Part shown: positions 7,347 to 17,935 of the stretch, one piece after another
How the letters are laid out: every line of letters starts with the position of its first letter
How positions within the stretch are numbered: position 1 is the first letter of the stretch
Source: Nibricoccus sp.
GTDB taxonomy: Bacteria; Verrucomicrobiota; Verrucomicrobiia; Opitutales; Opitutaceae
DNA length: 64,000 bases
Assembly: GCA_047602425.1 (NCBI GenBank)
Contig: JASGHG010000001.1
Coordinates: 2,560,001 to 2,624,000 of the forward strand
Direction: 5' to 3'
Translations under genes and position numbers: made by a program
The notes under the pieces: generated by a model
Told to the model about the DNA's origin: nothing
The model's input: only the letters and a program-made list of their open reading frames with translations
Database searches by the model: none

Positions 7347-9893
7347 ATGCCCTCCGAAGCCCAGGCCCGCATCATAATCAATAAGCTGTTGGAGCAGGCG
7401 GGCTGGCGGTTTCTACCAGATCGTGATGGCCAGCGTGAGAATATCGTCTGCGAACACCGGGTCGCGAGAAAGGTCTTCGCACCGAACATTTATCTAGGGA
7501 CAGATTTCCAGCACGCGCCGCAGGGTTTTGTCGATTACGTGCTGCTCGGCAACGACGGTAAAGCGGTTGGCGTGGTCGAAGCTAAAAAGGAATCGATCGA
7601 TCCGCTCACCGCCAAGGAACAAGCCCGCGCCTACGCGGCCTCGCTCGGCGTCAGTCACATCTATCTCAGCAACGGGCTCGTTCATTACTACTGGAACCTC
7701 CGTCAGGGAAATCCGGTGCGTGTCTCGCAATTTCTACCGGCGGACAAACTCGGCCAAACCGCCAAATGGCAGCCCGACGCCCAGCGCCTCGCCAGCGTCA
7801 ACGTTGACGAGAACTACATCGCCCTCTCGCAGGACTCCGCCTGGCTCACCTACGCCGCCACCGAACGCGCCGAGGTGGCGGTCAATAAAAAGATCCGTCT
7901 GCTGCGCGATTATCAGATCGCCGCCGTCAAAGCGCTCCAATTCGCCGCGCTACCCGGCAAGCATCGCTTCTTGTTCGAGATGGCCACCGGCACGGGCAAG
8001 ACGCTGCTCAGCGCCGCCATCGCCAAACTTTACCTGCGCACGGAAAACGCCACGCGCATCCTCTTCCTCGTCGATCGGCTGGAGTTGGAGCGGCAGGCGT
8101 GGAAAAACTTCAACGCCTACCTGGCCGCCGATGGCATCTCGACCGTCATCTTCAAACAAAAGCGATCCGATTGGCGCAATGCACAGGTTGTGGTCACAAC
8201 GGTCCAGAGCCTCGCGACCAACAACCGGTTTCTCACCGATTTCTGCCCGACGGATTTCCAGCTCATCATCAGCGACGAAGCCCACCGCACGATCTCGGGC
8301 AACAACCGAACCATTTTCGAATACTTCGTCGGCGCGAAACTCGGCCTGACCGCCACGCCACGCGACTACCTCAAAGGCGTCTCGGAAAAAGAACAACAGA
8401 ACGATCCGTCTGCTTTCGAACGTCGCCTCCTGCTCGACACTTATCGCACCTTCGGCTGCGACGACGGCGCGCCGACGTTCCGCTACAGCCTGCTCGACGC
8501 CGTAAAACACAAGCCGCCCTACCTCGTTAATCCCCTCGCCCTCGACGCCCGCACCGAGATCACCACCAGGCTTCTTGCCGATGGCTACAAGGTAAGTATC
8601 AAGGCCGACGAAGACGGCCAGGAGTCCGAAGTGGTTTTCACCGGTAGCGATTTCGAGCGGAAATTTTTCTCCGACGAGACGAATCTCAGCTTCGTCCAAT
8701 GTTTTCTGGATCACGCCAAGTGCGACCCGCTCACGAATGAGGTCGGCAAAACGATCTTCTTTGCCGTCAGCCGTAAGCATGCGACCAAGATCGTGAAATT
8801 GCTCAATGAGGAAGCGCCCCGGCGTTGGCCCTCGGCCTACGGAGCAGGCTCCTCCTTCGCCGTGCAGGTGACCTCCGATCAACCGGGAGCCCAGCAGATG
8901 ACGATCGATTTCGCGAACAACAACCTGAACGGGAAATCGAAGTGGGCCGCTGAGAAATTTCCCGACTACGACACCAGCCGCACGCGCGTTTGCGTGACCG
9001 TGGGCATGATGACAACCGGCTATGATTGCGAGGACGTGCTCAACGTGGTGCTTGCGCGACCGATTTTCTCGCCGACCGATTTCGTCCAGATCAAAGGCCG
9101 TGGCACCCGGCTCTACACGTTCGCGCACGATGCGAGCAAAGCTTCGGGCGCGAAGGATGGCTTTGCGCTGTTCGACTTCTTTGCTAACTGCGAGTACTTC
9201 GAGAAGAAGTTCGACTACGACAAAAAGCTCACACTGCCCAAGCCCGAAACCACTGGCGGCACGGACGGCGGCAGCAGTGGTCCGCGCCCTTCGACCTACA
9301 TCAACACTTCGGCAGATCCAATCGCCGTCGTGGCGCAAGACGCCATCGGTCACGATGGAATGAAGATTGACCGCGAGATGTTTCGCCAGCGTTTCGCCTC
9401 ACAGGCCAAGGAAGCCGCCGCCAAATTTCCCGAACTTAATACAGCCGTGGCCGCCGAAGACTGGCCCTCTGCTGAAGCGCTCGCAGCCAAACTCCTCCTC
9501 GAAAAACCAAAAGAGTTCTGGAATCTACTCAAACTCCGCGAAGTTTTCCGAACGGATCGTGATCCCTCCTTCCGCGAAATCCTCAAATACATCTTCGGCT
9601 TTGAGCCTAAAGTTCCGACTCGCGAGCAATTGGCCGCCGAATACTTCGAAAGATACATGGCAACCGAATCTGCCGAACCAGTCGTCATCCGCGAGCTGCG
9701 CCACGTATTCAACGCTTACCTACTTAATGGAGACGTTCGGCACTTGATCGACGAAGGACGCTTTGCCGACCTGCGTGCCCACGATCCTGGATTGATACAG
9801 AGCATCAAAACGCTCGGCAAAGATCGAGTGACTGCGCTTATGAACTATATTCGGCAAACCGTGCCGCTGGAAAACTTCGTCCGTGTTGCCTGA
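7347..9893 (+). CDS. hsdR: Type I restriction endonuclease subunit R
   Basis: Nuclease motif VDYVL...VEAKK; helicase motifs MATGTGKT, DEAH, GLTATP and QIKGRGTR. Confidence 0.92.
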   Translation: MPSEAQARIIINKLLEQAGWRFLPDRDGQRENIVCEHRVARKVFAPNIYLGTDFQHAPQGFVDYVLLGNDGKAVGVVEAKKESIDPLTAKEQARAYAASLGVSHIYLSNGLVHYYWNLRQGNPVRVSQFLPADKLGQTAKWQPDAQRLASVNVDENYIALSQDSAWLTYAATERAEVAVNKKIRLLRDYQIAAVKALQFAALPGKHRFLFEMATGTGKTLLSAAIAKLYLRTENATRILFLVDRLELERQAWKNFNAYLAADGISTVIFKQKRSDWRNAQVVVTTVQSLATNNRFLTDFCPTDFQLIISDEAHRTISGNNRTIFEYFVGAKLGLTATPRDYLKGVSEKEQQNDPSAFERRLLLDTYRTFGCDDGAPTFRYSLLDAVKHKPPYLVNPLALDARTEITTRLLADGYKVSIKADEDGQESEVVFTGSDFERKFFSDETNLSFVQCFLDHAKCDPLTNEVGKTIFFAVSRKHATKIVKLLNEEAPRRWPSAYGAGSSFAVQVTSDQPGAQQMTIDFANNNLNGKSKWAAEKFPDYDTSRTRVCVTVGMMTTGYDCEDVLNVVLARPIFSPTDFVQIKGRGTRLYTFAHDASKASGAKDGFALFDFFANCEYFEKKFDYDKKLTLPKPETTGGTDGGSSGPRPSTYINTSADPIAVVAQDAIGHDGMKIDREMFRQRFASQAKEAAAKFPELNTAVAAEDWPSAEALAAKLLLEKPKEFWNLLKLREVFRTDRDPSFREILKYIFGFEPKVPTREQLAAEYFERYMATESAEPVVIRELRHVFNAYLLNGDVRHLIDEGRFADLRAHDPGLIQSIKTLGKDRVTALMNYIRQTVPLENFVRVA

Positions 9894-10009
9894 TGGGGAT
9901 CGAGCAAATAACATCATGCCTTGACTCTGGACTGGGACGTTTTTTGTTTACAGACGGTATTGGTTGGTTTGGTTCTGATGGCAGTAACAGCGTGGTTTGT
10001 AATGACACG

Positions 10010-10705
10010 TTAGGGTTTGATGAATTGCCGGATGGCTTCCACGTATTCCGGACGCCGGTGCAGATCGTTGTGTCCTGCGTTCCTGATGACTTTATACTCC
10101 TTCGGTCCCTGCCAAATCCGAAAAAGAGCGTGGGTTTGGCGGTTTGGAATTAGGGTGTCGTTTTCTGCCATTACCATCAGCATCGGCGTTTGATTGGTTC
10201 TGGCGTATTGATCGGAGGGAAATCGGTTGCGAAGGAAGTAGTGAAGCAGTGGCGCCTTTTCTCGGACCAGAGAGGTCATGCTTTGGAAGGGCGTAACTAG
10301 GACAACCCGTTTGGTCGCGCGGTGGGCGGATACATAGGCGGCCACGCTCGCTCCGAGACTGCGGCCAACAATGACGGGAATTCCGTCGGCACCGGCGTGG
10401 TCGTGAATCATCAGCCCGTCCTCGTACAATGCACGCTGTGAAGGTTTGCCTTCGCTTAGGCCGTAGCCGCGATAATTGAAGAGATAGGAAACGCGAAAAC
10501 CGAAGTTTGAAAATAGATCTGCCGTGAGGGAGACATCCTCGGCATTGCCGCCAAAATAGACTCCCACATCCATTCCCTGCGGGTTTTCAATACGCCATCC
10601 TTGCAGTCCATTGAGGCGAACTTCATGAGCCTTGAGTTTGGAATAGGTGAGGTATTCCGGTTTGGGAGCTGGAAATATAACTTTGTCTAAGAAGTAGCCG
10701 AGCAC
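10010..10705 (-). CDS. Alpha/beta hydrolase
   Basis: FGGNAE, YRGYGLS, nucleophile GRSLG, Asp in ENDTLIP, His in AGHND. Likely GTG start 4 nt after the upstream stop. Confidence 0.85.
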   Translation of the reverse strand: MLGYFLDKVIFPAPKPEYLTYSKLKAHEVRLNGLQGWRIENPQGMDVGVYFGGNAEDVSLTADLFSNFGFRVSYLFNYRGYGLSEGKPSQRALYEDGLMIHDHAGADGIPVIVGRSLGASVAAYVSAHRATKRVVLVTPFQSMTSLVREKAPLLHYFLRNRFPSDQYARTNQTPMLMVMAENDTLIPNRQTHALFRIWQGPKEYKVIRNAGHNDLHRRPEYVEAIRQFIKP

Positions 10706-10709
10706 GTGA

Positions 10710-11015
10710 CTATTTCTTGAGACTGATGCACGCGGAATCGATAAGGCCCAACTGGACAATATCGCCAACCTGGATCTCTTTGAGGTATTCCAGAGGCATG
10801 GTGAGAAGCAGTGATTTGTCCCTGGTGTGGTGGTCGCCACTCGTCACAACGCCGACGAGGTCCATCGAATCCGGGTAGTTATAAACGTAGGAAGGGGATT
10901 TCTTGAAGCCAAACAGGCCTGTCGACGTGCGTTTGATGCTCTTTACCTGAACTTGGAGGGTTCCTGTAGGAGTGCGATCATCCGGCCATTCCCAGTGAAG
11001 TTCGATGTCTTTCAT
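10710..11015 (-). CDS. Hypothetical protein
   Basis: 101-aa ORF packed with 3-4 nt gaps between two co-oriented genes. Confidence 0.7.
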   Translation of the reverse strand: MKDIELHWEWPDDRTPTGTLQVQVKSIKRTSTGLFGFKKSPSYVYNYPDSMDLVGVVTSGDHHTRDKSLLLTMPLEYLKEIQVGDIVQLGLIDSACISLKK

Positions 11016-11018
11016 GAG

Positions 11019-11606
11019 TTAAAGGATTTCGACCGCCAGTTTACCGTTATGTTGAACAAAACCAATGTGCCCGGAGTAACTCATTGTTTTCAGTCCATTG
11101 TGCCTGGCTAATTGGTTGTAGAGGTTGTTTGGCGTATCCATTCCGGGAATCGACGATGTCAGAATTTTGGCGTGTCGAAAAGCCCGGGATGCGTAGGAGG
11201 AGCAATTGCCGCCGAAGATATAGAACCCGCCAGGGGAATTTCGTTGGAGCTGCCAGTATCCGTCAAAGGCGCTGACGTTTTCCTGGCTGGTCTCCACGAG
11301 AATGAAGGTGGAGAGGCATCCTGTCTGCCGGGCACGGCTGGCATCAGTAAAGTGGGGCATAAGCCTTTTCATCGCCTTGTAGTCCACGACCATTCCTTCC
11401 CTGCCTTTGTCTGCGCTTTGAAACACGCTGGACGGTACCGCCATCGATGACATCCCAAACGGCGCACCTAGGAAAAAATAACCGATGGGTTCCCCATTGG
11501 AAAGAATGCAATCGGCGTGTTGCTCCATGAGACTGGGCGCATGTTCCTTGTTCTTTTTACCCCGGACGATGAGCCCGACGTGATTCGGCGGTATTTCTAT
11601 AATCAT
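11019..11606 (-). CDS. Hypothetical protein, probable permuted papain-like (His...Cys) fold
   Basis: QHADCIL...IGYF near the N-terminus and FYIFGGNCSSYA...DTPNNLY near the C-terminus. Confidence 0.6.
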   Translation of the reverse strand: MIIEIPPNHVGLIVRGKKNKEHAPSLMEQHADCILSNGEPIGYFFLGAPFGMSSMAVPSSVFQSADKGREGMVVDYKAMKRLMPHFTDASRARQTGCLSTFILVETSQENVSAFDGYWQLQRNSPGGFYIFGGNCSSYASRAFRHAKILTSSIPGMDTPNNLYNQLARHNGLKTMSYSGHIGFVQHNGKLAVEIL

Positions 11607-11920
11607 ATCCCGTACCTAAATAACCTCGGATGTCGGATGGTTAGGCAAGCCTTACGGCAGCAAACAAGTGGCGTTACTGGAAATGACTAAGATTTTACGA
11701 GTTATTAATGAGATGGACGCTGGCGCTTTAAATAAACTAATGCGGAGAACAGTCGAGGGATGTCGGCGCCGTGTGACAGTCAAAGAGCTGATTGGTCGGG
11801 TATCAGTCTTATGCGAGTTCGGTGAGGAAAAGCGGGGGTGGCGTTGCGTTGGGGGTAAAAGTCGGTCTTTTGCTGGAGCTACGTTAGCGTTGGGCGGGAG
11901 CTCGGCGCGAGGAGGCTGTC

Positions 11921-14170
11921 ATGCGTGTCGCGAGTTCTATTGTCCCTACCATCCGGTTTGATTTTCTTGGCGGAAGTTTGCTTTGGCTGGCGTGCGCGTT
12001 CGTCGCGTCGCGCGGATTTGGCCAGAGCGTCCATGACCGCCATGTGATTTTCGACAATGGGCTGGGCGCGGGCGGTTACTATCATAGCGAAGGGTTCGTG
12101 GTCGCTCCGAGCACGTTGGGACTTTGGAACGGGAAATTCCCGGTCGCGACGGATCGTTTCGTCAGTCCTGACAACAGTCTGCGGCTGCACTGGAAATCGG
12201 CCGAGGGCGGCGACTGGCGGATGACCGTGATGGTGCCGACGCGTTACGTGAGGAAATTTTATTTCGAGGGCGATACGCTGGCTTTTTGGTGTTATCCGGA
12301 AACGGAGATCGATGAACTCAATTCACCGCTCGTTTATGTGCAGGACTCCACCAAGCTCGGTTCCCCCGCGACCACTCTCGTGAAAGGCGATGAGCGATTG
12401 CCGGAGAAAAAATGGACGCTGGTGAAGCTGCCCATCGCGGAACTCATTGCGACCGGGCGCACGACGGATTCCGCGCGCTGCGATTTGCACAAGCTCGTGA
12501 GCCTTTCGTTCATGCAGGGCCTCGATGACGGGAAGGAGCACGTGCTCTACATCGACGACGTGAAAATTGTCGATGGCAAACAGGTCGACAACACGCCGCC
12601 ACCTGCGCCGGAAGGACTCAAGGTCAAAGGGCATGAGCGACACTTCGATCTCAGCTGGCAACCTTCGTCGGCGAAGGATCTGCTTTCATACCGGATTCTT
12701 CGCTCCTCCGATGGGAAAACCTACGAGCCAGCGGGCACGCAGGATGGAGCCTGGACCCGTTTTGAGGATTTTGTGCCGGTGGAGGCCGAGTCGGGGCCGA
12801 AGACGTTTTATTATAAAGTCAGTGCAATCGATATTGCGGGCAACGAATCGCCGCCTTCGTCCGCCGGCTCCGACCGTTTGCGTCCGGCCGATGACGACGC
12901 GTTACTGACCATGGCGCAGGAAGGTTGTTTTCGTTACTATTGGGAGGCGGCTCATCCGAACGCGGGGCTCGCGCCGGAGGTTTTGCCCGGCGACGAAAAC
13001 CTCATCGCTGTCGGTGGGAATGGTTTTGGTGTGATGGCGTTGCTGGTGGCGATCGAACGGCAGTTCGTGACCCGCGAGGAAGGTGTGAGGCGGTTGACCA
13101 AGATTCTGCGGTTCCTTTCCAAGGCCGACCGGTTTCACGGCGTCTGGCCGCACTATCTCGACGGGCGGACGGGCCGGACCATTCCGCTTTTCGGGACTTA
13201 CGACAACGGCGGGGATTTGGTCGAAACAGCCTTTATGATCCAAGGGCTTCTCGCCGCGCGCCAATATTTCGATCGTGACGAACCAGCCGAACGCGACATT
13301 CGGGAAACGATCACGAGACTGTGGCGCGAGGTGGAATGGGATTGGTACCGGAAGACTCCCGACAGCGATGTGCTCTATTGGCACTGGTCGCCGGAGCACG
13401 ACTTCACGATCAATCATCCGCTGGTGGGTTGGAACGAAACGATGATTGTGTATCTGCTGGCGATCGCATCGCCGACGCATGCGGTTCCGGCGAGCCTGTA
13501 TTATTCGGGTTGGGCCGGCCAATCCGATGTTCACGTCCGTTACCGCCGCAACTGGAGCCGCACGACGGCGGGCGATCACTATGCGAATGGAAACAGTTAT
13601 TATGGGATAAAGCTGGAGGTGGGCGTGGGCAATGGCGGGGATTTGTTTTTCACCCACTTCTCGTTTCTCGGCTTCGATCCGCGCGGAATCCGCGATCGTT
13701 ATACCAACTATTTTTCAAACAACCGGAATATCGCGCTGATCAATCGCGCCTATTGCATCGACAACCCGCGCAAATTCGTCGGCTACGGTCCCGATTGCTG
13801 GGGACGCTCGGCGGGCATCAACGTCCACGGCGGCCGCGCCCTGCCGCGCGACGACAACGGCACGATCAACTGCATGGCCGCGCTCGCCTCCATGCCCTAC
13901 ACGCCGGCGGAATCGCTCGCGGCGCTCAAACATTTCTACCGCGATCTCGGACCGAAGGTGTGGGGAATCTATGGTTTTCACGACGGCTTCAACGAAACGC
14001 AGGATTGGTTCGAGGCGAACTTCATGGCGCTCAACCAGGCGCCCATCACGGTGATGATTGAAAACCATCGCACCGGCCTCCTCTGGAAATATTTCATGAC
14101 CAACCCCGAAATTCACCCCGCCCTCGACGCCATCGGCTTCACGCGCGAGCCAGCGCAAGCGGATCGCTGA
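11921..14170 (+). CDS. Secreted glycoamylase-family (GH144-like, beta-1,2-glucanase) protein with N-terminal beta-sandwich and Fn3 domains
   Basis: Signal-like N-terminus; Fn3 (PPPAPEGL...YYKVSAIDIAGNES); DRFHGVWPH, GGDLVETAF, GWNETMI, LFFTHFSFLG and YGFHDGFN motifs. Confidence 0.82.
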   Translation: MRVASSIVPTIRFDFLGGSLLWLACAFVASRGFGQSVHDRHVIFDNGLGAGGYYHSEGFVVAPSTLGLWNGKFPVATDRFVSPDNSLRLHWKSAEGGDWRMTVMVPTRYVRKFYFEGDTLAFWCYPETEIDELNSPLVYVQDSTKLGSPATTLVKGDERLPEKKWTLVKLPIAELIATGRTTDSARCDLHKLVSLSFMQGLDDGKEHVLYIDDVKIVDGKQVDNTPPPAPEGLKVKGHERHFDLSWQPSSAKDLLSYRILRSSDGKTYEPAGTQDGAWTRFEDFVPVEAESGPKTFYYKVSAIDIAGNESPPSSAGSDRLRPADDDALLTMAQEGCFRYYWEAAHPNAGLAPEVLPGDENLIAVGGNGFGVMALLVAIERQFVTREEGVRRLTKILRFLSKADRFHGVWPHYLDGRTGRTIPLFGTYDNGGDLVETAFMIQGLLAARQYFDRDEPAERDIRETITRLWREVEWDWYRKTPDSDVLYWHWSPEHDFTINHPLVGWNETMIVYLLAIASPTHAVPASLYYSGWAGQSDVHVRYRRNWSRTTAGDHYANGNSYYGIKLEVGVGNGGDLFFTHFSFLGFDPRGIRDRYTNYFSNNRNIALINRAYCIDNPRKFVGYGPDCWGRSAGINVHGGRALPRDDNGTINCMAALASMPYTPAESLAALKHFYRDLGPKVWGIYGFHDGFNETQDWFEANFMALNQAPITVMIENHRTGLLWKYFMTNPEIHPALDAIGFTREPAQADR

Positions 14171-14302
14171 GATACGACCAGCCAGGCGATGTGCCGGGCA
14201 TTCGTTTTAGGTTCAATGGACTTGTTCGGGTATTGACCGATAGCAACGGCCGGTTTAGGGAATGACCGCGATTCGCAAATAAACTTTCAGTCTACCGGCG
14301 TT

Positions 14303-14806
14303 ATGAAGGTTAAAAACAAGCCCGCCTTTATTTTTGGAATACTATACGTGGTATTTTTTGGATGCCTCGCAATTTCGGCATCGAATCTGCCTGCGCGTGT
14401 AGCGAGCCACTTTGATGCCGCCGGAAGAGCAAATGGCTGGATGGATAATTCCTCCTACCTGCTGTTTATCGCGATTTTGGGCGGAGTGTTTCCGTTGGTT
14501 GTTCCAGCGATCTGCTACTGCACGCGCTTTTTGCCCGACGAGATGCACAATATTCCCAATCGCGCCCACTGGTTGGCGCCTGAACGACGGGATGCGACGC
14601 ACGCTTATCTCTTTCGACATTCGCTTTGGCTCGCATCGGCATCGCTTTGTTTTGTAACGGCCGTTCACCTGGCGGTGGTGCAGGCGAACCGCCCGGGCAC
14701 GGCCCATCTTCAACCCACGGTGATCGTCCCTGTGTTGGTGGGTTTTGTAACTGCCGTGATTATTTGGATCATTGGTTTATTTCGGCATTTCAAGCGCGTT
14801 GAATAA
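14303..14806 (+). CDS. DUF1648-like membrane protein
   Basis: LPARVASHFDAAGRANGW motif and four hydrophobic segments. Confidence 0.8.
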   Translation: MKVKNKPAFIFGILYVVFFGCLAISASNLPARVASHFDAAGRANGWMDNSSYLLFIAILGGVFPLVVPAICYCTRFLPDEMHNIPNRAHWLAPERRDATHAYLFRHSLWLASASLCFVTAVHLAVVQANRPGTAHLQPTVIVPVLVGFVTAVIIWIIGLFRHFKRVE

Positions 14807-14877
14807 ACCATCGTTAAACCTGGAAACATTACGTTTCGAGGTTGGACGTCAGTTGGTTAGTCAATCCGAGGAAGCGC

Positions 14878-15609
14878 TCATTTCCTCGCTTCATACCACT
14901 TTGCCGCAAAGGTTTTGTCCCCGATCAATTTCCTTGGGGAGAGCCAGAATCTGACCGCTGTTTTGGCCCACGACCAAAATCCATGTTCGGCGCCTTTCCG
15001 GCCTGAGGCGTTGAAGGGATGCCGATGTAGTATGAGAAATCTCTGGCCGCGGTTCGCGCCCAGTTTCTTCAAGCGTTTCACGAAGTCCGCCTCTTCGAAA
15101 ATATAGTGATCTCGTGGGAATCCTCCGAGCTCCCTGAAGGTATCACGCCGGCAAAGAATAAAACCGCCCGGACACCATTTCAGCAATCGCATGCTGAGAT
15201 TTTTGCTCTCCCAGGCTTTCTTGAACCACCAAGGACCGTCAAAGATCCGAATCGTGCTGCCGCAACCGATCGCTTTGGGATTGTTCATCACCCGTACGGT
15301 GTCCTCCATCAGCTCGGGCGATGGCCACGAATCGGCGTCGATGAACAACAACCAATCGCCTGACGCAACGGCCGCCCCGGTGTTTCTGGCCAGCGATATT
15401 TGATTGATCGGCTCGAATACGACCTTACAGCCCAACTCTGCTGCAATGGCTGCAGTAGCATCCGTGGAGTTGTTGTTGCACACAATGATCTCGGCGCTCG
15501 TCAGAGACGGCCGGACGCGGGCGAGGGCGGCCTGCACACGGCTGATGCACGCACGTATCCCAGCAGCCTCATTGTAGGCTGGAATAACGATTGAAAGCGT
15601 CGGCGCCAT
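14878..15609 (-). CDS. GT2 glycosyltransferase
   Basis: SIVIPAYNE, NNNSTDAT, ARNTGA and FIDAD. Confidence 0.9.
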   Translation of the reverse strand: MAPTLSIVIPAYNEAAGIRACISRVQAALARVRPSLTSAEIIVCNNNSTDATAAIAAELGCKVVFEPINQISLARNTGAAVASGDWLLFIDADSWPSPELMEDTVRVMNNPKAIGCGSTIRIFDGPWWFKKAWESKNLSMRLLKWCPGGFILCRRDTFRELGGFPRDHYIFEEADFVKRLKKLGANRGQRFLILHRHPFNASGRKGAEHGFWSWAKTAVRFWLSPRKLIGDKTFAAKWYEARK

Positions 15610-15647
15610 TGTCGGTTTTCTGAGGTTATTAGATACGCCGTGAACGT

Positions 15648-16010
15648 TTATTTCTGCGGCCGGGAAATGAGCAGCAGTTCCACGCGTTTCACCTCACGCA
15701 GAATGCGGTTCTTATGCATCTCGAGCCAGAACCAAAGTTTCATCAGCGTCACCATCACCAAAAACACCACGGCTGCTCCGCCCCAGCGCAACTGCGTAGT
15801 CACGTCGGGCGCTTGATAAAACCGAATCGCGGTGAAGACGAGGCCGATGAAAGCCGCGAGATTCAAGGCGATCAGGGCCGAAGTGAGCCAGCGTTGACGG
15901 CTGCGGAAGGTGAGGAGCACTTCCTCGGCGATGTTGGGCTCGCCCGGAGACAAAGCGTCGGCGGGGTCGCTCCGAAGCGCGGCTTGAATTTTTTTGTCGA
16001 TGTCGTTCAT
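15648..16010 (-). CDS. Two-TM putative anti-sigma factor (DUF6768-like)
   Basis: Overlaps the sigma-factor stop; two TM helices; KLWFW...ILREVKRVEL tail. Confidence 0.7.
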   Translation of the reverse strand: MNDIDKKIQAALRSDPADALSPGEPNIAEEVLLTFRSRQRWLTSALIALNLAAFIGLVFTAIRFYQAPDVTTQLRWGGAAVVFLVMVTLMKLWFWLEMHKNRILREVKRVELLLISRPQK

Positions 16011-16567
16011 GTTCGTTTCCTTTCGAGTATTCTTTTGAGACTTTCGCGGACGGAAAAAAGGCGCGATTTGACGGTGCCCGCCGGGATGCCGAAGGCCTCC
16101 GCAACCTCCGAAACGGTTCGGCCGAGGTCGTAAAACAGATGGAGCAGTTTCCGATCGTCCGCGGGCAGCGCGGCCACCGCGAGACGCAGCCGGAAAACGT
16201 CGTCGGCTTCCTCGGGCGGTTGCGTGGGCGGCGGGGCCAGGTTTTCAGCTTCGGCCGAGGCGGCTTTTTCGCGTCGCCGGGCCAGGTCGCGTTGGCGTAT
16301 CCAGTCGTTGCAGCGGCGTTCCACGATGCGAAAGGCCCAGCGCGGAAAACACGCCGGGTCATCGAGCCGGGACAGGCCGCGGGCGATGGCGAGCCAGATG
16401 TCGGTTGAAACTTCGTCAGCGCCCTCCGCCCGCTCAACGCGAGTCAATGCGAGCCGGCGAAGGTCGGCTTGCCAGAGATCGTACAAGTCCTTGAACGCCG
16501 CCTCGCTGCCGCCTTGGGCGGACAGCACGAGCCACTCAGTCAGGACTTGGCGGGAATCTCGGTTCAT
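16007..16567 (-). CDS. ECF RNA polymerase sigma factor
   Basis: Region 2 (AFKDLY...FPRWAFRI) and region 4 (VSEVAEAFGIPAGTVKSRL). Confidence 0.9.
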   Translation of the reverse strand: MNRDSRQVLTEWLVLSAQGGSEAAFKDLYDLWQADLRRLALTRVERAEGADEVSTDIWLAIARGLSRLDDPACFPRWAFRIVERRCNDWIRQRDLARRREKAASAEAENLAPPPTQPPEEADDVFRLRLAVAALPADDRKLLHLFYDLGRTVSEVAEAFGIPAGTVKSRLFSVRESLKRILERKRT

Positions 16568-16805
16568 CGGTTTCGTACAAAGGTCGCGACTTAGCCGGCA
16601 ACGGTTCAAAAAATCGTTGGGGAGGTTTGGAAATAATATCAGCCGAGGGCCTTGTGGCAACCGGAGGATGTTTCGACGCTTCCGAAGAGCGGCAGACGCA
16701 GCGCATAACGGTGGGCTACGTGCATGGCGCGCCGGCCTTCACCATGCCGTTGGTGGCCGGTGAGTTCACTGCGGACTCTGGAGCCTCAGCTCGCGCACGT
16801 TGCCA

Positions 16806-17172
16806 TCACTCCGCCCGCAACGCCTCTGCCGGGTTCACCCGCAACGCTTGCAACACAGGTACCAGCGTCGCCGCGAGCACGCCGATCGTGAGCAAGGCCA
16901 CCGCGCTCAACAGCACCACCGGGTCCACTCCGTCCACGCCGTACAACTGGCTTCGCATAAGCCCCGCTAGCTCCCACGCCGCCCACCCACCGAGCGCCGC
17001 GCCGATCAACGCCAGCACGCCGACTCGACCGAGGACGAGGCGGACCACGTGTGCTCTTGACGCACCGATCGCGAAACGAATGCCAAACTCCCGCGTGCGT
17101 TGCGCCGTCGCATAACCCGTCACGCCAAAGACGCCCACCGCCGCGAGAATCACCGCCAGCACTGAAAACGCG
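16806..17172 (-). pseudogene. Duplicated 3' fragment of the ABC permease gene (copy of 18245-18611)
   Basis: Manual alignment shows about 20 substitutions in 367 nt and no indels. Confidence 0.85.
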
Positions 17173-17536
17173 GGCATGTCTCCGCGAAAGATCGCCCGCT
17201 GCTCTGGCTATTAATCGTGAATACCTGGGTCATCGGACTGTGGGGCTGGCGCGTCCTCGTCCGGCGAAAGGTGCGAATCGTGCCTATATGGTTTTGAAAG
17301 CGGAACAGTAGGGTCGGATCTGCGGGGCGGACTGCGCTCACCTCCGCTGTGCTCTATGCGGTTTACCGCGCCCAAGCTTCCGGTGGACCGGCGAAATCTG
17401 GCACCCCAATTATCTCCACGCCATCGCGGCCGCCCCCGACAGCCTCAAAGCCCTACCGGCGAAACCAGCGCCTAGAGACAGCGGTCCGAAAATGGGAATA
17501 CCGTGTCGGCGAACCCCTCCGCACCAGATTCACGCG

Positions 17537-17935
17537 TCACGGTGATTTTTCGTCCGGAAGCTTTCGCAGGAAAATACGCGGGAAGAGAAAATGTCTCACG
17601 AAGACATAAAGCGCCAAAGCCAGTAATCCCATGCCGAAACATCGCCAGCCGAAGGATTTCGCCGCGTGGTCATGCCGCATGACGCCGCCGAGCCACGTCA
17701 GACCTCCAGCGCCCCAGTTAACGGCAAGGAAGAACAACAGGGGCGCCGTCACGTAAGTAACACTGAACATATACCAGAACCCCCCTTTCTTCTCACGCTC
17801 GGAAAACATACGGTAGTACCCCCACCCCCTGGCACGGATGCCGGTCCATACCATGATAAGCGATATGACAGAGTTCCAGATGAGAGCGACGACGAAAAAT
17901 TCCAGCGGTGGCTTTGCCGGATAAAGGGAGAACAT
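17537..17935 (-). CDS. Hypothetical membrane protein
   Basis: 132 aa from ATG 17935 with about three hydrophobic segments. Lies between the two permease 3'-end copies. Confidence 0.6.
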   Translation of the reverse strand: MFSLYPAKPPLEFFVVALIWNSVISLIMVWTGIRARGWGYYRMFSEREKKGGFWYMFSVTYVTAPLLFFLAVNWGAGGLTWLGGVMRHDHAAKSFGWRCFGMGLLALALYVFVRHFLFPRIFLRKLPDEKSP

